Positions 10,371-18,546 of a stretch of DNA of 44,433 nucleotides are shown piece by piece. Numbering within the stretch: the stretch's first letter is position 1; each line of letters starts with the position of its first letter. Location: positions 1-44,433 of the forward strand of contig SYMT01000216.1 of assembly GCA_005805375.1 (NCBI GenBank), read 5' to 3'. The DNA comes from Actinomycetota bacterium. GTDB taxonomy: Bacteria; Armatimonadota; SYMT01. A model generated the notes under the pieces. The model was not told the DNA's origin and did not search any database. It worked only from the letters and a program-made list of their open reading frames with translations. The position numbers and the translations under genes are program-made.

Positions 10371-11692
10371 TTGGCGTGCGCTCTCCGGCGCCTGCGACAG
10401 CATGGCTCCCGCTCTCGTTGCTTGATCCCGCAGCCAGAGCGGAGCCGTGCGTCGCAGTGGGTGTCCCCGATCTGCCCCTGGGCATCTATGTACACATCCC
10501 GTTTTGCGTGCGGAAGTGCCATTACTGCGACTTCGTCGCGGGACCGGCGCCGGATGAGATTCGCAGCGCGTATGTGGCGGCGCTCGAAGCGGAAATTCGG
10601 GCTTGCGCGCTGGCGGGAGCTCTGGTGCGCACCGTGTACTTCGGCGGAGGTACGCCTTCGGAGTTGAACGGCGCCGCGTTGGCCCGCATCGTCGCCGCAC
10701 TGCGGGATTCATTTTCTTTTGTTGCTGCTGATCTCCCCGACGCCCGTCCTTGCTTGCCGTTACCGGGGTCCGCGTTCGCGAGCCCGGTGGAACCTCCCCC
10801 GCCTCCTCCGCCCCTTACCGCTACCGAGTGGACCATCGAGTGCAACCCCGGAACGGTTAGTGAGGAATCGCTCACGGCGATGCACGAGATGGGATTCAAC
10901 CGCATCAGCCTCGGCGTGCAGACGTTCTCGGACATTCAGTTGCAGCGGCTGGGACGGATTCACACCGCGGCCGAGGCGGCCGAGGCGGTGCAGATGGCCC
11001 GCCGGGCCGGATTTACCCGCCTGAGCGTGGATCTGATTTTCTGCCTCCCGGATCAGACCCTCGCTGAGTGGCAGAATGATGTGGAGCAGGCGCTCCTGCT
11101 GGGACCCGAGCACCTGTCGCTCTACAACCTGACGATCGAGCCGGAGACGGAATTCGGCCGCCGGCACCGCGCCGGGTGCATGCAACTCCCGGATGACGAC
11201 CTGGCAGCCGACATGTACGAGTGGGTAATGGATCGCTTGAGTGAGGCAGGGTTTGCGCTGTACGAGGTATCCAGCTTCGCGCGTCCCGGAGAGGCGAGTC
11301 GGCACAACAGCCTCTACTGGCGGCACGAACCATACCTCGGCTTCGGCGTGGGCGCCAGTGCGTACCTTCATGGGATGCGCTGGACTCACACCCGCAGCAT
11401 GCAGGCTTATCTTGCCACGGCAGCCCGCCCGGGCGGGCCGGAGCGGGCCGTCGAGGAAACACTCCCTCCTCGGGCCGCTTGCGGTGAGGCGATCATGCTT
11501 GCCCTGCGGACCTCCGCGGGCGCGGACATAGCGGCACTGGCCGCCCGGTATGGGGTGGATGGTGAGCGCGAGTTCGGCGCAACACTCCGCGGATTGGAAC
11601 AGGATGGGCTTTTGGTGCGCGACGGCGCGCGGACTGCCTTGACCCGTGCGGGATTGCTGCTCGCCAATACGGTGTGCAGCCAATTTCTCTAG
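10367..11692 (+). CDS. hemW: Radical SAM heme chaperone HemW (HemN-like); start uncertain
   Basis: IYVHIPFCVRKCHYCDF (CxxxCxxC), YFGGGTPS, NRISLGVQ, YEVSSFA, HNSLYW (HNxxYW). Confidence 0.92.
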   Translation: MIGVRSPAPATAWLPLSLLDPAARAEPCVAVGVPDLPLGIYVHIPFCVRKCHYCDFVAGPAPDEIRSAYVAALEAEIRACALAGALVRTVYFGGGTPSELNGAALARIVAALRDSFSFVAADLPDARPCLPLPGSAFASPVEPPPPPPPLTATEWTIECNPGTVSEESLTAMHEMGFNRISLGVQTFSDIQLQRLGRIHTAAEAAEAVQMARRAGFTRLSVDLIFCLPDQTLAEWQNDVEQALLLGPEHLSLYNLTIEPETEFGRRHRAGCMQLPDDDLAADMYEWVMDRLSEAGFALYEVSSFARPGEASRHNSLYWRHEPYLGFGVGASAYLHGMRWTHTRSMQAYLATAARPGGPERAVEETLPPRAACGEAIMLALRTSAGADIAALAARYGVDGEREFGATLRGLEQDGLLVRDGARTALTRAGLLLANTVCSQFL

Positions 11693-11735
11693 GTCACGCG
11701 GTGTGCCCGCCTCCAGGATGATTCGGGGGCGAAAC

Positions 11736-13058
11736 ATGAACCAACTCGAAGCGCGTGCCGCTACCCGGACGAGCCGGGTTACCACCGGAGGGCTTCTGGC
11801 GCTCTGGTGCACAACCGTTCTGCTCGGTGGGCTGTACGCCGCACCGGCAGTGGGCCGATGGCTGCGTCCCGCGAGCGCGCGCGGGGTCGAGCCGCAGGGC
11901 CGGCAGGCGCGTCTAGCCGCACCGCCGCTCCCGTCGCCGTTTCCCGCCTCTGCGAGTGTCAGCCCGCCGGGGGGTGCGCCACCCATCCCGGGCGGAGGCG
12001 CGGCGGGCGTTTCGGTCCCTGCGACCGCAGATCCTGCTGTTCCGCAGGGACAGTTGGGCGCGGGAAGTACTCCGGCGGCGGCGGCATCCGCGCCGAATCC
12101 TCTTCGCGGCGGCATCGTGCCGGGCGATCGGCCGGGCCCGAATGCTACCCTCGGGCCGACCGAGCAATGGATTAGCCCATTAGAGCAGCTCAAGATGCGG
12201 GGGCAGGCGCCGCCGTCGGCAGTGATCGCGCCCCCGATCGGCGCGCCTGGGGTTGGGATGCCGGGTGATCCGGGTGCCAAGGCAGCGTCGCGGACTGATC
12301 CGGACCGCGGGCTGCCCGGCAGGAGCCTTGCCGGGCGGCAGGAAGAGCGCGCCGAACCGGCCGGCAACACCCCGAGGGACCGTGCGAGTTTCCGCGATGT
12401 TCTCACTCCCGACCCCTCGCCTCTGGATTCTCGCCGGGGAGCGGGTGTCGGCAGCGCAGATCCCGCCTCCACGGGCGCCGGCGCGGAGAGAGTCCTGGGC
12501 CCGGGCGCGCGCGAGGGGTCCCGTGGGGTGCGGAGTGTTCCGGCCCGTGGCGAAGCGCCGGAGGGGTTGCCGTCCCCTGCCGGGAGTGCGGCGCGAGGCC
12601 TGGCGGCGCCGCGCCCGGCAGGGAAGCTCTCGACCGGGGGAGGGGCCGACGCCCTGCCTGCCGGGCCCGACCCAGCCGCCACCGGGCCTCGGCCCCGCAC
12701 GCGCCCCGGAGCGGGTCCGGATCCGGGAGGGCCGGCGTCCGCTCAGCCGGCCCGTGACAATCCCCCCACCGTGCCCGCGCGGCTGGGGCCGGTGGAAGGT
12801 GGGGTGACCGCGGACGAAACGGGCCTCTTCCGGGTGCAGGTCGGCAGTGCCCGCGATCGGCGCGAAGCGGAGCGCCTCCAGCAGCAAATCCGTCGCGAAA
12901 CCGGGTTGAAAACTCAACTGATTCCCACCGCCGAAGGATTCCGAGTTCAAGCAGGGGCCTTCCGGAATCGCGAGAATGCGGTTAAAGTGTTGGACAAGCT
13001 GCGTGGCAGTGGGTCGGAGCCGGGTGACGTTCCGGATGACCGGTCCCGGTCCCGCTGA
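11736..13058 (+). CDS. SPOR domain protein with N-terminal TM and long Pro/Gly/Ala-rich linker
   Basis: TM at residues ~18-40; C-terminal FRVQVGS..R.EAE.L and FRVQAGAF.NRENA SPOR half-repeats. Confidence 0.8.
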   Translation: MNQLEARAATRTSRVTTGGLLALWCTTVLLGGLYAAPAVGRWLRPASARGVEPQGRQARLAAPPLPSPFPASASVSPPGGAPPIPGGGAAGVSVPATADPAVPQGQLGAGSTPAAAASAPNPLRGGIVPGDRPGPNATLGPTEQWISPLEQLKMRGQAPPSAVIAPPIGAPGVGMPGDPGAKAASRTDPDRGLPGRSLAGRQEERAEPAGNTPRDRASFRDVLTPDPSPLDSRRGAGVGSADPASTGAGAERVLGPGAREGSRGVRSVPARGEAPEGLPSPAGSAARGLAAPRPAGKLSTGGGADALPAGPDPAATGPRPRTRPGAGPDPGGPASAQPARDNPPTVPARLGPVEGGVTADETGLFRVQVGSARDRREAERLQQQIRRETGLKTQLIPTAEGFRVQAGAFRNRENAVKVLDKLRGSGSEPGDVPDDRSRSR

Positions 13059-13078
13059 CCTCTGGATCGAGGACCACC

Positions 13079-13570
13079 ATGAATTTGCAACAGAAAAAGT
13101 CCGGAGGGCGTGAGGCCCCTGCCCGTCGGATGCTGGCGACCAACCGGCGTGCGCGGTACGAGTACGACATCATCGAGTCCGTAGAGGCCGGCCTCGTGCT
13201 TACCGGGACGGAAATCAAATCCGTGCGCGCCGGGAAAGTCCAGCTTCAGGATGCGTTTGCGAAGATCACCTCCGGGGAGGTGTGGCTGCACAACATGCAC
13301 ATCGCGCCCTACGAACAGGGTAACCGGTTCAATGCAGACGCCATGCGGCAGCGCAAACTGCTCCTCCATCGTGGCGAAATCGAGCGGCTTTACGGCAAGG
13401 CGCAGGAGCGTGGGCTGGCATTGATCCCGCTCTCCGTTTATCTGCGAAACGGGTTTGCGAAGGTAGAGATCGCGATTGCCCGAGGGCGCAAGCTGTACGA
13501 CAAGCGCGAAGCGATTGCCGAGCGTGAGGCGCAGCGAGCGCAGGAAAGAGCGTTTCAGGGGCGGGAATGA
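13079..13570 (+). CDS. smpB: SsrA-binding protein SmpB
   Basis: NRRARYEY, EAGLVLTGTEIKSVR, RKLLLHRGEI, RGRKLYDKRE. Confidence 0.98.
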   Translation: MNLQQKKSGGREAPARRMLATNRRARYEYDIIESVEAGLVLTGTEIKSVRAGKVQLQDAFAKITSGEVWLHNMHIAPYEQGNRFNADAMRQRKLLLHRGEIERLYGKAQERGLALIPLSVYLRNGFAKVEIAIARGRKLYDKREAIAEREAQRAQERAFQGRE

Positions 13571-14463
13571 AGTCCACCACATCTCCCGATCTTGTGGCCG
13601 GCGCCGCGGGGCCGGATCGCCGATTCGGCGCCCATATGCCCACTACCGGGGGGCTGCATCATGCGTTTGCTGCCGGGGAGGCTGTCGGCTGCGACGTGAT
13701 TCAGATCTTCACGAAGAACCCGCAGCAGTGGCGCGCACGCTCGTTGACCGATGACCAGATCACCCGTTTCCACGCCGCGGCCCGGGACAGCGCGGTGCGT
13801 TGTCTGGCCGCGCACGACACGTACCTCATCAATCCCGCGGCCGCCGACGCGGATTTGCTGGAGAAGAGCCGGGCGGCTCTCGCCGACGAACTGGAGCGGA
13901 GCAGTGTGTTGGGGATTCCCAACGTGGTGATGCATCTGGGTGCGGCGGGCGCTGCGCCCGAAGAGGAGGCCTTGCAGCGCCTCGCAGAAAGCGTGGCAGT
14001 GGTGCTCGAACGCACGCCGAACGCCACCAGCCGGCTGTTGCTGGAGACTACTGCAGGTCAAGGCTCCTGCCTCGGGTATCGTTTCGAGCATCTGGCGCGA
14101 GTGCTGGAGTTTGCGGCTGCCCCGGAACGGCTGGGCGTCTGCTTCGACACCTGCCACGTGTTCGTGGCAGGATACGATCTGCGGGACGAAGAATCCTACG
14201 CCGCGACGATGGCGGAGTTTGACGCCCGCGTCGGATTGCGCCACGTGCGGCTGGTGCATGCCAATGACGCCAAGCGCGCCTGCGGCAGCCGGGTGGACCG
14301 CCACGATCATGTGGGGAAGGGAGAGATCGGGACCACTGCGTTTCGGCTCCTCCTCAACGATGGGCGCCTGAAGGAGGCCTCGGTGGTGCTCGAGACTCCG
14401 AAGGAAGGTGAGATGGACCCGGTCAATCTCGCTGCTCTTCGAGCGGCGGCAGGCGTGATTTAG
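13567..14463 (+). CDS. nfo: Endonuclease IV
   Basis: GAH, QIFTKNP, HDTYLIN, MHLG, LLETTAGQG, CFDTCH, HAND, DRHDHVG, LETP. ATGA overlap with smpB. Confidence 0.96.
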   Translation: MKSTTSPDLVAGAAGPDRRFGAHMPTTGGLHHAFAAGEAVGCDVIQIFTKNPQQWRARSLTDDQITRFHAAARDSAVRCLAAHDTYLINPAAADADLLEKSRAALADELERSSVLGIPNVVMHLGAAGAAPEEEALQRLAESVAVVLERTPNATSRLLLETTAGQGSCLGYRFEHLARVLEFAAAPERLGVCFDTCHVFVAGYDLRDEESYAATMAEFDARVGLRHVRLVHANDAKRACGSRVDRHDHVGKGEIGTTAFRLLLNDGRLKEASVVLETPKEGEMDPVNLAALRAAAGVI

Positions 14464-14484
14464 TGATAAGCACAACATTCCGGA

Positions 14485-14513
14485 TTGACAGTCACAGTCC
14501 GGCTTGCTAACAT
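14485..14513 (+). promoter_or_regulatory. Sigma70-type promoter of hrcA-grpE overlapping a degenerate CIRCE-like operator
   Basis: TTGACA (14485-14490), 17-nt spacer, TG-extended TAACAT (14508-14513). TTGACAGTC-N8-GCTTGCTAA resembles CIRCE TTAGCACTC-N9-GAGTGCTAA. Confidence 0.75.
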
Positions 14514-14571
14514 GAGACGGGTTGTGAACGACACGGCAGGAGAGAGGGCTGCGTCGGGCGTATCTGCGGAT

Positions 14572-15600
14572 ATGGACCTTGATCGCCGAAAACGAGACTT
14601 GCTTCAGACCATCGTCGTCGCGTATGTCGAGAGCGCGGAGCCGGTAGGGTCGCAGTTTCTCGCGTCCCAGCCAAGCCTCGGAGTGCGCTCCGCCACGATT
14701 CGCAATGAATTGGCGGAGATGACGATGATGGGGTACCTGCGACAACCGCATACGTCTGCGGGCCGCGTCCCCACGGAGCAGGGGTACCGGTACTATGTGG
14801 ACCACCTGATGTCGTGGGCGCGGTTGGGGCCCGTGGGTGTGCGGGCACTGCGAGGCGCGCAGCGGATCAGTGCGGGCGATGTAGAGGCGCTGCTCTACCA
14901 GACCTGCCGCGTGCTTTCCAGCCTGACGCAGTACACGGCGGTAGCCACACTGCCGAGCAGCGGCGAGCGCCTGGTGCGTCAGGCACACGTGATTTCCGTC
15001 TCCCCGTCGCGCTTGCTTGCAGTGGTGGTGCTGGATGGGGGGCAGGTGGTCCACCGCTTCCTGGACGTCAAGCAGGCATTGACTCCGGCGGAAGTGACCC
15101 GGCTTTCCAATGCGCTGGACGAACGGGTGCGTGGTGCTTCCCCGTCGTCGCTGTGCGCGGAAGCGCGCCCGTGCGACGAACTCGGGCCGCTGGATGCGAT
15201 TCTGCGGTCGCTGATTGAAGTGCTCGCACTGGGTGTGTCCGGAGACGACAGCGACCTGATGCTGGGAGGGGCCAGCCACATCCTGGAGCAGCCGGAGTTC
15301 CGCGAGGCGAACCGCGTGGAACCGCTGATCCGATTTCTTGAGGAGCGGCGCACCGCGTTTCAAACGCTGCGCAGCCTGCTGGCGCGGAGGGCGCTTACCG
15401 TCAGCATCGGCAGCGAGAACTCGCACGATGCATTGCGCGACGTCAGCTTTGTTGCGGCGCGGTACGCCACAGGTGGAGCTGCCGAAGGTTGGGTCGGGGT
15501 GCTGGGACCGACACGGATGCACTATGATCAGGCAGTCTCGGCCGTGCAGTTTGCGGCGCAGTCTCTCACCGAGGCGCTATCGCGGTCGGCCGGAGAATGA
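14572..15600 (+). CDS. hrcA: Heat-inducible transcription repressor HrcA
   Basis: EPVGS, SATIRNELA, L.QPHTSAGRVPTEQGYRYYVD, IGSEN, GVLGPTRM.Y. Confidence 0.97.
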   Translation: MDLDRRKRDLLQTIVVAYVESAEPVGSQFLASQPSLGVRSATIRNELAEMTMMGYLRQPHTSAGRVPTEQGYRYYVDHLMSWARLGPVGVRALRGAQRISAGDVEALLYQTCRVLSSLTQYTAVATLPSSGERLVRQAHVISVSPSRLLAVVVLDGGQVVHRFLDVKQALTPAEVTRLSNALDERVRGASPSSLCAEARPCDELGPLDAILRSLIEVLALGVSGDDSDLMLGGASHILEQPEFREANRVEPLIRFLEERRTAFQTLRSLLARRALTVSIGSENSHDALRDVSFVAARYATGGAAEGWVGVLGPTRMHYDQAVSAVQFAAQSLTEALSRSAGE

Positions 15601-15611
15601 GGAGATGGAGA

Positions 15612-16235
15612 ATGCCCTGGACGCAGAGCGCGCCCGGACAAGACGGTGAAGGCGAAGTGAATTCCGAAGCGGAAGAGCTAGGCCCCGACGACGTTGCGGG
15701 GGATGGGGTCAATCCTGAAATGGGCTACGAGGAGGGGGATGCTCCCGCCGGGACGGCCGCGGGCGCGGCCACGGCTGCGGACGAGCGAATTACGGCGCTG
15801 GAGGCGGATCTGGGAGAGGTCAAAGATCGCTTTCTGCGCAGCGTGGCGGAGATGGAGAATGTCCGGCGTCGAGCGCGTCTGGATGTGGAGGAAGCACACC
15901 GGTTTGCGAATTCGCGTCTCATTACCGATCTCCTCCCCGTCCTGGACAACTTTCTCAGAGCCCTGGATGCCGCCACACAGACCGATAACCTGGCGGCGCT
16001 GCAGGATGGGGTGACGCTGATCCATCGCCAATTGGAGGATGCGCTGGAACGGGCGGGCCTGTCGCGGATTTCCGCTCTCGGCGAACGGTTTGACCCCAAT
16101 CTGCACGAAGCGATCATGCAGGTTCCGGCAGAGGAAGGTCAGGAGCCGATGACGGTAATCGAGGAACTCCGGGGTGGTTTCCGCCTCCACGACCGCGTGC
16201 TGCGACCCAGTCTGGTCAAGGTGACTTCGGCCTGA
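15612..16235 (+). CDS. grpE: Nucleotide exchange factor GrpE
   Basis: R..AEMENVRRR, LLPVLDNF.RAL, FDPNLHEA, RVLRPSLVKV. GAGGAG RBS precedes ATG 15612. Confidence 0.97.
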   Translation: MPWTQSAPGQDGEGEVNSEAEELGPDDVAGDGVNPEMGYEEGDAPAGTAAGAATAADERITALEADLGEVKDRFLRSVAEMENVRRRARLDVEEAHRFANSRLITDLLPVLDNFLRALDAATQTDNLAALQDGVTLIHRQLEDALERAGLSRISALGERFDPNLHEAIMQVPAEEGQEPMTVIEELRGGFRLHDRVLRPSLVKVTSA

Positions 16236-16264
16236 GAGTCGGGGCGATGCGCGTTTCGTCAGGA

Positions 16265-16302
16265 GCCGAAGGACGCCGGTGGGGGCGTCCTTCGGCAATT
16301 TT
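16265..16302 (+). terminator. Hairpin/terminator after grpE
   Basis: Perfect 13-bp stem GCCGAAGGACGCC / GGCGTCCTTCGGC with a 6-nt loop, followed by AATTTT. Confidence 0.7.
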
Positions 16303-16308
16303 CCGGTC

Positions 16309-17397
16309 ATGAGGGCGCCCGGGCCGCTGCACCGTCTCCGTCTTGCGCTGGCGGTGTTCGTGATGGTGATTCTGAGCGGCGTAGCCGGTTATGCGACGAT
16401 TGAGGGACAGTCGTTCCCCGAGGCGCTCTACTCGACGATCATGAGTGTGGGGGCGGTTACGGACGTGGTAACCCGGACCCGGTGGGGGCGACTGCTCAAC
16501 GGGGCCCTGGTTGTAGCCGGAGTGGCCGCGACCGCGCTGATGGCCGGGGCGGTGGTGGAGATTGTTGTGGGCGCGCAGTTACGCGCGATCCTGGGAAAGC
16601 GGCGCATGGAAAAAGAACTGTCCCGCCTGCGGGATCACTACATCGTGTGTGGCTACGGCCGGATGGGGCAAGAGCTGGTTCAGTTGTTCACCCAACGGGG
16701 CGCCTCGGTCGTTGTGATTGATGTGAGCGAAGAGAAGTGTCGCCTGCTGCAGGAACTGGGATTGCCGCACATAGAGGGGGATGCCGCCAGTGATGCTGTG
16801 CTCCAGGCTGCGGGCGTGGAACGGGCAGCGGGACTCGTGACGGTTGCCCCGCGCGATGCCGACAACATCTTCATCACCTTGAGCGCGCGCGCCCTGAATC
16901 CGGATCTGTGCATCGTCGCGCGTTCCATCTACGATCAGGATGTCCACAAGTTGGAACTGGCGGGGGCTGACCGGGTGGTGTCTCCCTACGTCAGCGGCGC
17001 TCGCCGCATCGCGGCGGCTGTGTTCGAGCCGACCGTGGCCGAGTTCCTGGACGTGCAGAACGATCAGGGAAGTGTGCAATGGCAACTCACGGAGATTCCG
17101 GTGGGGGATCAGGTGTCGTTGACCGGCCGGAGCCTGCGTGACAGCGGCATCCGGGAAAACACCGGGTGCACCGTGCTCGCCATCCGCCGTCGCGGAGAGA
17201 CCGGTTTCCACAGCAACCCGGGGCCGGATGTGCTGCTGCATCCGGGCGACACGCTCATCGCGATCGGCACTCAACCGCAGGTGCAACGACTCTATGAGCA
17301 CGCAGGCGTTCAGCACGAGGGGCTTCTGCGCAAGCTCATGCGTGCCCGGCACGCGGTCACGCAGCGATCCGGACGATTCGGCCGCCGCAAAGTCTAG
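16309..17397 (+). CDS. 2-TM potassium-channel-family protein with TrkA-N/TrkA-C (RCK) domains and atypical pore
   Basis: TM-pore-TM, then HYIVCGYGRMG, GDA...L..AGVE.A, DADN..ITLSAR, AGADRVVSP and a C-terminal TrkA-C domain. Confidence 0.88.
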   Translation: MRAPGPLHRLRLALAVFVMVILSGVAGYATIEGQSFPEALYSTIMSVGAVTDVVTRTRWGRLLNGALVVAGVAATALMAGAVVEIVVGAQLRAILGKRRMEKELSRLRDHYIVCGYGRMGQELVQLFTQRGASVVVIDVSEEKCRLLQELGLPHIEGDAASDAVLQAAGVERAAGLVTVAPRDADNIFITLSARALNPDLCIVARSIYDQDVHKLELAGADRVVSPYVSGARRIAAAVFEPTVAEFLDVQNDQGSVQWQLTEIPVGDQVSLTGRSLRDSGIRENTGCTVLAIRRRGETGFHSNPGPDVLLHPGDTLIAIGTQPQVQRLYEHAGVQHEGLLRKLMRARHAVTQRSGRFGRRKV

Positions 17398-17571
17398 CAG
17401 CGCCGACGTGCGGGTCAGTCTGCGGCGCTGGGAGGTGTGCCCTGGACCGGGCACGGCCAAGGTTGCAGACTGCTATGTTGGCCCACCTGCTCACCCGAGA
17501 GGCGTCCGGCGGGGCTCCCGGCAAATGGAACGGGTTGCCCTGTCTGCGCCTGTCAAGTCGCGGACGAGAAT

Positions 17572-18057
17572 TTATTCGCCGAGACGGACCAGGTGTTCGG
17601 CGAGCAGGTACCAGCGCAACTCGGCGCCCCCGGGCTCCACGCGTTGAACGTCCAGGCAGGCGAGCGACGCCTTTGCTACCCGGACGTGTCCTCCGCCGAT
17701 CAGCGTGCCGACGAGCGTGCTGAAATCCGGCTCGTGACCGACAAGCAGCACCCGCGCGCGCGGGGCCTGATCGGCCAATAGCGCCTGGAGGTCTCCCAGG
17801 CCGCACCCGCCGCCGAGCGCAGGGACCTCCTGCACGTGCGCCTCGCATGCGAGGCTCCGTGCTACGATGTCCGCCGTTTCCCGCGCGCGGACCAGGGGGC
17901 TGGTCAGAATCACGTCGAGGCGCAGATCCAGGCCGAGCATCCCACGCGCCGCCAATTCCAGTTCCTGGATCCCGCTCGGCGTCAGGCGCCGGGCGGCATC
18001 AGGCCGGCCCGGCTGCCGGTCTTCGGCGTCGCCATGACGTAGAAAGAAGAGACGCAT
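17572..18057 (-). CDS. sixA: Phosphohistidine phosphatase SixA
   Basis: FLRHGDA, D..RRLT..G, LTSPLVRARETA, LLVGHEP. Confidence 0.92.
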   Translation of the reverse strand: MRLFFLRHGDAEDRQPGRPDAARRLTPSGIQELELAARGMLGLDLRLDVILTSPLVRARETADIVARSLACEAHVQEVPALGGGCGLGDLQALLADQAPRARVLLVGHEPDFSTLVGTLIGGGHVRVAKASLACLDVQRVEPGGAELRWYLLAEHLVRLGE

Positions 18058-18070
18058 CGAACTACGGCTC

Positions 18071-18523
18071 CTACCTGTTCGCGGGCGCAAGTCCGAGGTA
18101 CACGCGATCCAACGGGAAGCGGAGGATGAGTTCCAGCGACCAGGGCGTAAGCACCCGGACTTCGAGGTAGTCCGTGCCACCCGGGGGATCCGTCGCCGGC
18201 CAGTAGTGCCGTGCCTCGAACCGGGGCCGCCACCCCACCAGAGTCACCTCCACGCCTTCGGGATTCGAGAGGCGGGCCTCGCGGCGCCCCGGATCGGCAG
18301 ATACTACCGTCCCGCGGATGATGGACGGCAGCACCGTCCCCACACCGTCCTGAAGCGTCGGATAGTAACGGCTCCGGTGATAACCGCCTCCGCGCGTTTC
18401 AAACCCGAGTTCGACTTCTTCGCCCGCCATGGCAGCCAGGCGCTCGAAGGAAAACACGAACTCCTTCAGCGTGTCGAGCAGGTCGGGCCCACGCAGTGTC
18501 TCGGCGGTGGATTCTTCAGCCAT
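18071..18523 (-). CDS. Hypothetical protein
   Basis: 150 aa ORF with AGGA RBS, tightly packed between co-directional genes; no family recognised. Confidence 0.7.
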   Translation of the reverse strand: MAEESTAETLRGPDLLDTLKEFVFSFERLAAMAGEEVELGFETRGGGYHRSRYYPTLQDGVGTVLPSIIRGTVVSADPGRREARLSNPEGVEVTLVGWRPRFEARHYWPATDPPGGTDYLEVRVLTPWSLELILRFPLDRVYLGLAPANR

Positions 18524-18546
18524 CGGGGCATCCTTCCGGTGTCAGT

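Noticed and set aside
14461-14469. Triple stop TAG-TGA-TAA after nfo as evidence of leaky amber
   Set aside because: Only one other gene ending in TAG has an immediate backup stop (sulfatase, TAG-TGA), too few to infer anything.
13059-14570. tmRNA (ssrA) next to smpB
   Set aside because: No intergenic space and no GGGG...TCCACCA tRNA-like ends were seen.
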